IMG/VR virus record: IMGVR_UViG_2531839587_000015
Strand: one strand, 5' to 3'
Length of the DNA: 34,485 nt
DNA from: a virus
Lineage: Duplodnaviria > Heunggongvirae > Uroviricota > Caudoviricetes
Of the stretch, positions 25,615 through 33,495 are shown piece by piece. How positions within the stretch are numbered: position 1 is the stretch's first letter; every line of letters begins with the position of its first letter. The position numbers were made by a program, and so were the translations under genes. The notes under the pieces are model-generated. The model was not told the DNA's origin, did not search any database, and was given only the letters and a program-made list of their open reading frames with translations.

Positions 25615-25730
25615 CGTTTACGGGATTCTGAAATCCCGTTTTTGCCTGTTTTGTGCGCGCTTCATATAGCGCTGCGCGTTTTTTGCTCATTTACGGGATT
25701 CGTGAGTCCCGTTTCTGTCTGTTTTTTGTT
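25615..25730. repeat. Two copies of a roughly 42-bp repeat, each with the palindrome ACGGGA-N8-TCCCGT followed by a T-rich tract, separated by a GC hairpin; candidate parC centromere/operator or replication-associated site
   Basis: Copy 1 at 25615-25655 (intergenic, upstream of parM); copy 2 at 25687-25730 (inside the last codons of A). Palindromes acgggattctgaaatcccgt and acgggattcgtgagtcccgt. Confidence 0.7.
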
Positions 25731-28484
25731 TCCACTGGTCAGGCCACCCCGCAGCAGGTCTGCTTTGCGGCTGGCGCGTTCAGTGGTTTCACTGATTCTC
25801 TGTGCGTGCTCTGCGTCGCGGATGGCGCGCAGCATGTCAGAAAGCACGGTAACGGGTGTTTTCATGGTGTTCTGGTCCTGCTGAAGTGTGGATGCCAGGC
25901 GTGCGGCGGCTTCAGGGTCTGATGCCCCCAGCTGTGCCAGATAGCTGGCGACCGGGTTATGGCGGATCTCCGTGCTGCTTACGCCATGATTACGGCTCAG
26001 ACGCTGCCAGAGCTGCGTGATTCGGCTGTCCGGGCGGGTATCCGGTTTGCGTACAATTTCAAATCCCTGCGGTGCAATGATGCTGCCGTCAACGTACAGA
26101 CTGCCGCCCCGTAACAGGTGCTGCATCTGTTGTTCACCGATATGCAGGCCGAGAGAATCAGCAGACTCCCGCCATTCTTTAGCGAGTAACTCGTGGTTAT
26201 CAGGCAAAGGCCGCTGCTGTTTGCGGCTCTGTGTCCAGTTCTGCATTTCATCGCTGCTGTTTTTTGCCTGTTTGTCACGAAGCGAACGCATCAGCGCCCG
26301 GCGTTCGTGCCGTTTCAGTGAGCGCATCCATTCATTTACTTCAACGCCGTCAGGAAGCTGCGGCCACGGTGCTGGCCGTTCTTCCGGCTGTTCTGTCCCG
26401 TTGTTGCCTGTTTCCTGTACACGGGGACAGTTATTGCCACGAGTCCAAGGGGCGGCAGGGCCGCCCTGAAGGTCAAAACCATTTTCGCGGGCGCTGTCTT
26501 CCGCTTCCGGTTTACGTCTTACCAGCTTCCAGTTATCCGGATGTGTGCACACACGGGAAGACTCCCCGATGAGTGGTGACCAGATCCCGTAAATCTGTAC
26601 GCTCTGTTCGCCGTAATCGTTCAGCTCATCTGCGAGGTCGTAGGCGGTGCGAATCAGGTAGTCTTGGCGTGGAACAAGTACGCCGCCCTGTTTCTCTATG
26701 TAGGAGGCAAAACACCCGGCATCAGCGGCAGCGAGCACTGCATCCATTGCGTCATCCTTCAGCCGTTGCGGGCCTTCCGGGTTGCGTGCCATCTGGCTGG
26801 CAAGGCGGCGCAGTTCACGCCACACCTGACGGGAGGGGATGCCAAAGAACTGGAACTGGCGGACCCGGTGAAGGCGCGCCCAGCCGATGGCGCGCTCCAC
26901 GCTCTCGGCCATTGATTTTCCGGTTTCGTGGTCAACGCGTGGCTTGCCCGTTTTCGGGTCGATACCATCCACGGCGCGGCTGTCCAGGTTCTTTCCGATG
27001 TAGGTGGCGATGTAGCTGGTCGGTGTGCCTTTTGAGCCGTCGACGTACTCTGCCTTAAAGCGTGGGGTAATATCATCACCCAGCTCGTGACGATCTTCCT
27101 GAATGGCAATATCGCGGGTGTGGGACACAATGGTGTCGATTTCTTCCGGATGAGCAAAGACCATCATATGCCAGTGCACGGTGCCGTCATGGTGAGGCTC
27201 CACCGTGCGGATGCCATACCAGCGCAGGCCGTCGCGGTTCAGTTTCTTGCGGACCGCCGCAAAAAACGAGTTAACCAGGTAATCGCTGGAGTCGCGCATA
27301 GTGGCCCCGTTCCATTTGGGATTCGGATGACCGTTCTCCGTTGTTGCGTGGTATTTTGACGGGCAGGTGACAGTCAGAAACACCGCTCTGTCGCCACGGG
27401 CTTCGGCCAGAAGTTCCAGCCCCTTCATGGTGGCCATCATTTCTGCCTTACGGTGAACCGGGTTACTTACTCCCGCGTAATACACTGTCTCAAGATCAAT
27501 CGTGAACCCGTCTTCGTTTTCCAGCATGAAACTTTTCAGGAAATCGCGTGTTTTCTCGCGCTGTGCGCGAAACTCGCTTAACGCATCCTGGCTCAGATAG
27601 GGCGATGTTTTTCTGGAAACCAGACAGGCGGCGCGGAGTTGTTCTTCTCTCCACTCGCAACGTAACAGCCACAGTTTGCGTTTCCACCATTCCGCACAGG
27701 TCAGGCGAAGGATTGCGCCCGGCAGCAGCTCCGTGTCTGGTTCGTTCCTCCGGCCTTTGTCTGTTGTCAGTGCGTCATAATGCGGAGGCATGGCGTGCAG
27801 GTGTAACGCCATGCGGGCCAGCATCTGATACGCCTTCAGCGTTACATCCATGGTCAGCTCGCCATCAGTCGCACCAAAGCCATCGCAGAGTTTTTCGAAG
27901 GTGCTGCTGAACATCGCCGCCGTCATGGTGGCCAGCGTCTGTATCTGGTGTTTGTTGAGCTGCGGCAGGTAAAGCAAATCGTCCAGGCGTTCGCGTCCGG
28001 CAAGGGAGCGATAACCCGGTGTCAGCCAGTGTCCGTCAGTGCGATCCAGACGTTCGAATATTTTGCGCAGGGTTCCGCGTGCATAGCGTTCTGCCTGCCA
28101 GCTCTTTTTGCCTTTCCGGCGATCGACTTCCTGTTTTTTGCGCAGGAAGGAGAGGTGGCGAATAAGCGGATCGCGCAGATAGGACGGCAGCAGGCGCAGC
28201 GAGGCCATGGCTTCATCCACCGCGCCGCGTGCCTGTCTTCTGGCGTCTCCTGCCAGCGTGATGGTTTTGTCCTGTTTTTCCTGTGCGTCCAGGCTTTTAT
28301 TAATCAGGTTGCCCAGTGGCGTGGCAGAGAACGCCGCATCAGCCTTTTCCTGTCGGCGCTCGTTCTCTGCCTGGTAGGCATCCAGCCAGGAGGAAAGCGC
28401 GGATTCAGGTGCGGGGATCCCCGTTCCTTCACGCCCCACTGCGTGGCGCGGTTGTTGCCAGTCCCTGATGTACTCTGTCGTCAT
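25662..28484 (-). CDS. A: gpA-like rolling-circle replication initiation endonuclease (940 aa)
   Basis: HUH-like HWHMMVF motif and the two-tyrosine active-site motif SYIATYIGKN, as in P2 A. Larger than P2 A (761 aa). Confidence 0.85.
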   Translation of the reverse strand: MTTEYIRDWQQPRHAVGREGTGIPAPESALSSWLDAYQAENERRQEKADAAFSATPLGNLINKSLDAQEKQDKTITLAGDARRQARGAVDEAMASLRLLPSYLRDPLIRHLSFLRKKQEVDRRKGKKSWQAERYARGTLRKIFERLDRTDGHWLTPGYRSLAGRERLDDLLYLPQLNKHQIQTLATMTAAMFSSTFEKLCDGFGATDGELTMDVTLKAYQMLARMALHLHAMPPHYDALTTDKGRRNEPDTELLPGAILRLTCAEWWKRKLWLLRCEWREEQLRAACLVSRKTSPYLSQDALSEFRAQREKTRDFLKSFMLENEDGFTIDLETVYYAGVSNPVHRKAEMMATMKGLELLAEARGDRAVFLTVTCPSKYHATTENGHPNPKWNGATMRDSSDYLVNSFFAAVRKKLNRDGLRWYGIRTVEPHHDGTVHWHMMVFAHPEEIDTIVSHTRDIAIQEDRHELGDDITPRFKAEYVDGSKGTPTSYIATYIGKNLDSRAVDGIDPKTGKPRVDHETGKSMAESVERAIGWARLHRVRQFQFFGIPSRQVWRELRRLASQMARNPEGPQRLKDDAMDAVLAAADAGCFASYIEKQGGVLVPRQDYLIRTAYDLADELNDYGEQSVQIYGIWSPLIGESSRVCTHPDNWKLVRRKPEAEDSARENGFDLQGGPAAPWTRGNNCPRVQETGNNGTEQPEERPAPWPQLPDGVEVNEWMRSLKRHERRALMRSLRDKQAKNSSDEMQNWTQSRKQQRPLPDNHELLAKEWRESADSLGLHIGEQQMQHLLRGGSLYVDGSIIAPQGFEIVRKPDTRPDSRITQLWQRLSRNHGVSSTEIRHNPVASYLAQLGASDPEAAARLASTLQQDQNTMKTPVTVLSDMLRAIRDAEHAQRISETTERASRKADLLRGGLTSGNKKQTETGLTNPVNEQKTRSAI

Positions 28485-28490
28485 ACTGAT

Positions 28491-28856
28491 TTACTGCGTC
28501 ATACCGTTCAGGGTGTCACGGCAAACGGCAGCCAGCCGCTGAATTTCCAGCACGGTGTCTTCTGTGTCGGCATAGCGATGTGTGATGCGGATGCTGTCGG
28601 CAATCACATCGACGATTGCAGAGGATGGGCGCTGGTAAATGCCAATAACGGACGGAGTGCCACCTTCAATGCGGTAAAGCCTGTAATTTCCCTCGTGGCT
28701 GTCAATCATGTAGCGACCATCAATAACAATCTTTCCGTCAGCGAGCTGCGGTACAGGCAGGGATTTCAGGTACATGTCATAACGTTCACGCACGCGAACG
28801 GCAAGATCACGCTCTGTGTTGAGCAGGTATTCAAGAAAGTCGTTGGCGAGAATCAT
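28491..28856 (-). CDS. Hypothetical early-operon protein (121 aa)
   Basis: ORF directly upstream of A in the same operon. Confidence 0.5.
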   Translation of the reverse strand: MILANDFLEYLLNTERDLAVRVRERYDMYLKSLPVPQLADGKIVIDGRYMIDSHEGNYRLYRIEGGTPSVIGIYQRPSSAIVDVIADSIRITHRYADTEDTVLEIQRLAAVCRDTLNGMTQ

Positions 28857-28928
28857 TGCGGCAATCCTCTTGTTACAGATGTGCGAAGGCCTCCTGCCGC
28901 AAGGTGCAGGAAAGGCCCGGAACAGGAA

Positions 28929-29159
28929 TTAATGGAGTTTGTTTTGCTGCTGGATGAGCTGCTGAAGCTCGCGCAGATCATCCGCCAGATAACTGAAAAC
29001 AGCGGATGAGTAGAGGTTTGAAAGTTCGCAGCTACGCTCATGCAGCATATTGATGTGCATGATTTTAGCGACGCGGAATGCGCGGGAAAGTCTGCGGTTG
29101 ATTTCAGTCTGGATGTGACGACGCTCCGCGATAGCGCGGTGCTGTTTGCGGTTTGCCAT
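28929..29159 (-). CDS. Hypothetical basic protein (76 aa)
   Basis: ORF with ATG. Follows a 370-nt structured non-coding region. Confidence 0.45.
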   Translation of the reverse strand: MANRKQHRAIAERRHIQTEINRRLSRAFRVAKIMHINMLHERSCELSNLYSSAVFSYLADDLRELQQLIQQQNKLH

Positions 29160-29336
29160 GGTGTGGCCTCTTTGGTTGTAAGTTTTGAAAACTCACCATC
29201 CAGAGCTGCGAAACTGTGGGTGGCGAGACGTACGGGGTTCGCAGTACCGGCAACCAAAGAACCCGGCCCGACCGAAGTCGGCCCCGTACGCCCCGCCATA
29301 ATTCTGACGCGAAAAAAACGTGGCAATACAGTACGC

Positions 29337-29360
29337 ACAAAAAAACCGCTGGCGCGGTTG
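29337..29360 (-). terminator. Rho-independent terminator inside the 29160-29526 non-coding region
   Basis: Minus strand reads aaccgc-gcca-gcgguu followed by uuuuuuu. Confidence 0.6.
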
Positions 29361-29526
29361 TGCGCTTTGGTTGTCAGCAGGCTGCGAAACCCGGCACCCG
29401 TTTTATGAGGTGCAGCGAAAATGTAACCTGACTGATTGCGGCATGGCAAGCGGTTTTTTTGTGAGAACGGCATACTAAAAAATCCTGATACTGCTCCGGC
29501 CAGCGGTTTGCACTGGCCGGGTGTCA

Positions 29527-30357
29527 TTACTTCACGGGAACGAACGGAACAGCGGGGTTACTGGTCATGTATTGCGGCAGCGTGCCGTTCCATTTGTTGA
29601 TTGCTTCCAGCTCCATAACGCCGGGATTCTGGCGCAGAGCTTCGCCGCGTAAACGAATGGCGTCGGCTTCAGCCTGGGCTTTTGTGCGAATGGCATCGGC
29701 CTGTCCGGCAGCTTCTGCGCGCAACATGTTGGCTTCTGCTTCGCGCTGCTTGACTTCCTGTTCGCGTTGCAGGGTTTTCTGGTTTGCCGTGACTTTGGCG
29801 TTAATGCTGTCGATAACGGTTGGCGGATATTCCGGTTTACCGACATAAGAGAGGCTCATGACCTGAATACCGATGGGGGTCATCTCTTCCTGAATATCTT
29901 TAAGTGCTGAATCCAGCAGTTCAGACTTACCACCGTCGATAAACTTATCGGTGGTCATTTTGCTGGCCAGTCGGTTGAGTGCATCGGCGATCTTCTGGCG
30001 CAGGTCAGTGTCGGTAATGTCGTCCACGCCTTTGCGGTAGGTCTGAAACACCGTGGTAACTTTGGATGGATCAACTTTGTAGGCCACGCCGATGTGATAG
30101 CCGATGGTTGTGCCGTCACTCATCTGGAAGTTGAACGGCTCATCGTAACTCTTCATTTGTTTGAAGGTCGGGAAGATGTAAACCTCTGTATTCCAGCCTG
30201 TCCAGTAGCGGCCAACGCCAACCACTTCACCGACGCCTTTGTCGTCGCCCAGTTTGTTGACTTTGATGCCCACATTACCTGGCTCAACGCGATCGCAACC
30301 AACCAGCAGGATGGCGGCAAAAAGCGGGAGAATCTGAAAGAGTCTGAATTTCTTCAT
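29527..30357 (-). CDS. SPFH/Band-7 (prohibitin/stomatin-like) lipoprotein, 276 aa
   Basis: Lipoprotein signal with LVGC lipobox, SPFH-like core, and a C-terminal Ala/Glu/Arg-rich coiled-coil (..QREAEANMLRAEAAGQADAIRTKAQAEADAIRLRGEA..). Confidence 0.75.
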   Translation of the reverse strand: MKKFRLFQILPLFAAILLVGCDRVEPGNVGIKVNKLGDDKGVGEVVGVGRYWTGWNTEVYIFPTFKQMKSYDEPFNFQMSDGTTIGYHIGVAYKVDPSKVTTVFQTYRKGVDDITDTDLRQKIADALNRLASKMTTDKFIDGGKSELLDSALKDIQEEMTPIGIQVMSLSYVGKPEYPPTVIDSINAKVTANQKTLQREQEVKQREAEANMLRAEAAGQADAIRTKAQAEADAIRLRGEALRQNPGVMELEAINKWNGTLPQYMTSNPAVPFVPVK

Positions 30358-30557
30358 TGTTTGATTTCCTTGATGTACTTACTGAAAAGGCGAACAACGC
30401 CTGCCGGGTACAGCATGGCAATGAAAATTCCCAGCAATACCAGGAAGGAGCTGTCTGATGAAATCATTCGGGGGAGTAGTCCTGCATACAGAATGAGAGA
30501 GACGAGGACGCATACCAGCGCCCACATGTATGCGCGAAACCAGGTCTTTTTGTTCAT
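30354..30557 (-). CDS. Small two-TM membrane protein (67 aa), translationally coupled to the SPFH gene (ATGA overlap)
   Basis: Two hydrophobic helices. Its stop overlaps the SPFH start. Confidence 0.6.
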   Translation of the reverse strand: MNKKTWFRAYMWALVCVLVSLILYAGLLPRMISSDSSFLVLLGIFIAMLYPAGVVRLFSKYIKEIKQ

Positions 30558-30568
30558 ATCGCGGTCCT

Positions 30569-30868
30569 TTACTGGTTAAGGAAAAAATCGAAAACGTTGT
30601 CGATGCGTTGCAGCAGCTCCTGCTGCATTGCTTCCGGCGTTTCTGATTCACCTGGTGACTCCAGCGTCGCGCAAAAATCCTTGATTTCATGATGGAGCGT
30701 CAGACGAATGGCAGGAGCCATGGTTCTGGCGTGCTCCAGCTCATCCAGCAGTGCCAGCACGGCAGATGGCGAGAGCATTGCGCGAAACGCCAGTAATTTT
30801 TGATGCGTTGCCATTCGTTGCAGGTCAGTCGCCAGTTCGCGTAATTCCTGGTGGTTGATGGCGCTCAT
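30569..30868 (-). CDS. Hypothetical protein (99 aa)
   Basis: ORF in the early operon. Confidence 0.5.
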   Translation of the reverse strand: MSAINHQELRELATDLQRMATHQKLLAFRAMLSPSAVLALLDELEHARTMAPAIRLTLHHEIKDFCATLESPGESETPEAMQQELLQRIDNVFDFFLNQ

Positions 30869-31131
30869 GCTCTGGCTTCCTTCAGTAGCAGGTTAAACAT
30901 GTGAGTAAGTGGATTGCTACACCCGAACGGCATCGGGTTTACGTGGTAAGAAGCCTGGCCTCCTGCTTTGCGAGCGCGACCACCTGTGCTGCGGTTTGTT
31001 CTGATGACTAAGCCGCCGCGCCAGAGTCGGCGTAACTCAGCATTGATGGCTGTGGTTGGGGTATTCAGTGCTGCGGCGATTTCTCCGCCGCTACAACCCG
31101 GATGGGTAGCGATGTAGTCCAGAATGGTCAT
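30865..31131 (-). CDS. Putative small winged-helix DNA-binding protein (88 aa)
   Basis: GGEIAAALNTPTTAINAELRRLWRGGLV resembles a wHTH recognition segment. Confidence 0.45.
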   Translation of the reverse strand: MTILDYIATHPGCSGGEIAAALNTPTTAINAELRRLWRGGLVIRTNRSTGGRARKAGGQASYHVNPMPFGCSNPLTHMFNLLLKEARA

Positions 31132-31331
31132 CTGCGTGACTCCTGTACCTGTCGGATAAGGTTCACCCGCACCACATTCGTGGCGCAGAAGTAAGTGCCG
31201 TCAGTGAGATAGATGTGATGTGCATCCTTTTCCGAACGATGTTTGTCGATAGTGGTAATCAGTCGTTCGTCGACCTCGTATTCGCGGTCTCTGGAGGTGA
31301 AGCGAACGACAGGAAAATGCTTAATTGCCAT
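31128..31331 (-). CDS. Hypothetical protein (67 aa)
   Basis: ORF overlapping its neighbours by 4 nt, suggesting translational coupling. Confidence 0.45.
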   Translation of the reverse strand: MAIKHFPVVRFTSRDREYEVDERLITTIDKHRSEKDAHHIYLTDGTYFCATNVVRVNLIRQVQESRR

Positions 31332-31648
31332 TACACCCTCTTGGCTTTATGTCTGTATTTGAGCTTTTCTATTTCTTCTTTTTGTTCTTTTAATGTTCTT
31401 ATGGCTGTGAAAACATTAAAGCCCATAAAATGTGCTCTGTTCGCTAATGTAATACTGGCACCTTTGTTAGCTATATCATCTTCAATATCAGTGAAATACT
31501 GACTGATTTCTTTTAGTGCGGCGCAAAGCTTTGCGAGATCTCGCCCCCTGTCAAAATATGCATCCTTCAGTATTTTTTGATTTGTCCTGAGCATGCTAAC
31601 CTCGTGTTTATATATATGGATACCTCCGCGAGTGCGGATTGTTTTCAT
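31331..31648 (-). CDS. Hypothetical protein (105 aa) with basic C-terminus, in an AT-rich insert
   Basis: ORF. Markedly AT-rich DNA compared with the neighbouring genes. Confidence 0.5.
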   Translation of the reverse strand: MKTIRTRGGIHIYKHEVSMLRTNQKILKDAYFDRGRDLAKLCAALKEISQYFTDIEDDIANKGASITLANRAHFMGFNVFTAIRTLKEQKEEIEKLKYRHKAKRV

Positions 31649-31683
31649 GTTTTCTTATTTAATCGTGTGTTTTATTTGTGCTG

Positions 31684-31797
31684 TTATTCTTCAGTGAAAA
31701 AACGCTCAATCTTTTTTACTGAATGAATAATTCGCATAATCCCAATAGCGCAGGCCACCGAAATAATCAGAACAAGCCATGAGATAAATATACTCAT
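31684..31797 (-). CDS. 37-aa single-TM membrane peptide (MSIFISWLVLIISVACAIGIMRIIHSVKKIERFFTEE), not in the ORF track
   Basis: Own translation. ATG overlaps the stop of the upstream 81-aa gene (ATGA). GGGGAA SD-like sequence upstream. AT-rich. Confidence 0.5.
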   Translation of the reverse strand: MSIFISWLVLIISVACAIGIMRIIHSVKKIERFFTEE

Positions 31798-32039
31798 GCG
31801 ATATTCCCCAGCTTATACGGTTCAATATGTTCCCCGCATTCTGCGGCACAGATCAGCTCGGAAAGTTCGTTAAGTGCATCCAGATCATCAGCGTAAAAAG
31901 CCACGTCATACAGACTTCGGATTGCTCTGGTCAATGAGTCACGGGCCGCACGTTCAGCATGAGCGCCTGATGCACTTAAGCGAAAATAAAAACGCTCAAG
32001 TGCTTTGTTAATGAGAGTTTTATATTCTTTGCCCATCAC
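31794..32039 (-). CDS. Hypothetical protein (81 aa)
   Basis: ORF. Its stop overlaps the start of the 37-aa peptide gene. Confidence 0.5.
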   Translation of the reverse strand: MMGKEYKTLINKALERFYFRLSASGAHAERAARDSLTRAIRSLYDVAFYADDLDALNELSELICAAECGEHIEPYKLGNIA

Positions 32040-32047
32040 AACGCCCT

Positions 32048-32335
32048 TTAATCTGCTTTCTGTATTTCAGCTTCTGAATCCATACAAATAATTTCGATAT
32101 AGGGTTCATCGCCATTAACCTGGCGTGCCTTTTCAGCTTCGCTAATGATTTCTCGTACGGTCTGGTACGGAAGTTCCACAAGCAGCCGTGTGCCGTTCAG
32201 ATAAATGTAAGTGGCTTCAGCGGCTCCGTTTTTACCCGCCGGAGTCACTCCATCAATAGCGGATACGCGTAATAACAGTTCACCGCGAAAATCAATAAAA
32301 CGGATAAATACACCTTGTGCATGCTCTTTGGTCAT
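32048..32335 (-). CDS. Hypothetical early protein (95 aa from the internal Met MTKEHAQGVF...)
   Basis: Track ORF 32048-32395. Start placed at the Met with an AGGTG SD, which avoids overlap with the upstream gene. Confidence 0.45.
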   Translation of the reverse strand: MTKEHAQGVFIRFIDFRGELLLRVSAIDGVTPAGKNGAAEATYIYLNGTRLLVELPYQTVREIISEAEKARQVNGDEPYIEIICMDSEAEIQKAD

Positions 32336-32345
32336 AAAGCACCTG

Positions 32346-32687
32346 TTATAAATCAGCCTGTTTAATAAAACTTTGCCCACGAAGCAGACGATCAACCGTG
32401 CGAAGTGCTTCGTATAATGTGAAATCCTGTCCGAACTGATTGTCGCCGCTGCTTAGTGCAAAAATGCGGTTTCCGGTAAACGGATTGCGTGGGCATTTGT
32501 GGACTACGATTCCAGCTTTCTCAATCAGCCAGGCATGCTCGCCGATTTGTTTTGCTGGGTAGCCATCCGGTGTTGCGTGTGTATCACTCAGGCTGTAGCG
32601 GATGTTGCTGCGTGATGCACTGGTAGCGAAACGGTTGGCGTGGCGTTCAGCACCATTACGAAAGCGTGAATTACGTTGCTGTTTCAT
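32346..32687 (-). CDS. Hypothetical early protein (113 aa), first gene after cox
   Basis: ORF in the position of P2 orf78/B. Confidence 0.45.
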   Translation of the reverse strand: MKQQRNSRFRNGAERHANRFATSASRSNIRYSLSDTHATPDGYPAKQIGEHAWLIEKAGIVVHKCPRNPFTGNRIFALSSGDNQFGQDFTLYEALRTVDRLLRGQSFIKQADL

Positions 32688-32705
32688 ATCAAAACTCCCT
32701 GCATC

Positions 32706-33032
32706 TCATGCAGCAAAATTAAGAAAGCCTAATCCCAAATCTTCCGCCAGCTTCTTGGCTTTATTAAGCCAGTGATTGCGCCAATCTTTACGCTCAGGAG
32801 GAAGTTGTTTCGTTGCGTCATAGACCATTTCGAGCCACTCGTTCCATAGGATGAGAAGGCGGCGTGAACTTCCTTCCTCGCCTAAAACTTCACGCTCAGT
32901 GGCCAGAGGGATGAGCCGACGTTCCACCAACTTTCTTACGGCTGATTCGGTCTTGCCCGTGCGGCGGGCAAATTCATCGACGGGGATGGGGTCTGGGATC
33001 TTAAACAATGCCCTCAATAGTTCTTCATTCAT
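32706..33032 (-). CDS. cox: Cox-like excisionase / early transcriptional regulator
   Basis: ..IPVDEFARRTGKTESAVRKLVERRLIPLA...W..W.. resembles P2 Cox. Divergent from C. Confidence 0.75.
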   Translation of the reverse strand: MNEELLRALFKIPDPIPVDEFARRTGKTESAVRKLVERRLIPLATEREVLGEEGSSRRLLILWNEWLEMVYDATKQLPPERKDWRNHWLNKAKKLAEDLGLGFLNFAA

Positions 33033-33126
33033 GTGATAATCTCCCTGTTTGGGGTATAGGTGAGATATTTACCCCATAGTTCAACTCATTGTTTGCATAA
33101 TGCACTACATATTTGGAGAATGCAAT
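33033..33126. promoter_or_regulatory. Divergent early promoter/operator region between cox (Pe) and C (Pc)
   Basis: Position between divergent cox and C as in the P2 immunity switch. Short inverted repeat ggggta...tacccc. No promoter elements assigned with confidence. Confidence 0.45.
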
Positions 33127-33429
33127 ATGATTTTGGAGATTGGTGAAAAACTAAAACTAATGCGTGAAAGTGAGCGCATTACAAGTCGCAATGAGGCTGC
33201 GGAGTTAATAGGTATTCCGCATAACGCGCTATGGCGTTATGAGACTGGCGAATCCATACCCAAAGGGGATGTAATGATGAAAATCTTAAATTGCCCGCGG
33301 TTCGAAAAATATGCCTTGTGGTTTATGACTGGAAAAATTGCGCCTGAATCCGGGCAGGTAGCTCCGGCTCTCGCACACTATGGGCAAGAGCCAACGGACT
33401 TACCCCCATCCGAAAGGAAAATTGGTTAA
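33127..33429 (+). CDS. C: C immunity repressor
   Basis: ..KLKLMRESE....L..L.G.P...L..YE.G.S.P..DVMMKIL..P.F.KY.LWFMTGKIAPESGQVAPALAHYGQ closely matches the recalled P2 C repressor. Confidence 0.85.
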   Translation: MILEIGEKLKLMRESERITSRNEAAELIGIPHNALWRYETGESIPKGDVMMKILNCPRFEKYALWFMTGKIAPESGQVAPALAHYGQEPTDLPPSERKIG

Positions 33430-33495
33430 CCCTTTATTATTCTTACGTTTTACAAACTGGGAATGTCTTTCCTCGTTTCACCGGAGGGCTTGCCA

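Noticed and set aside
27948-29009. 353-aa plus-strand ORF antisense to gene A and the downstream small genes
   Set aside because: The opposite strand carries the clearly recognisable A replication protein with catalytic motifs. No independent support.
28853-29527. 224-aa minus-strand ORF spanning the structured non-coding region
   Set aside because: Ser/Cys-rich low-complexity translation that overlaps two terminator hairpins and the 76-aa gene; more plausibly non-coding.
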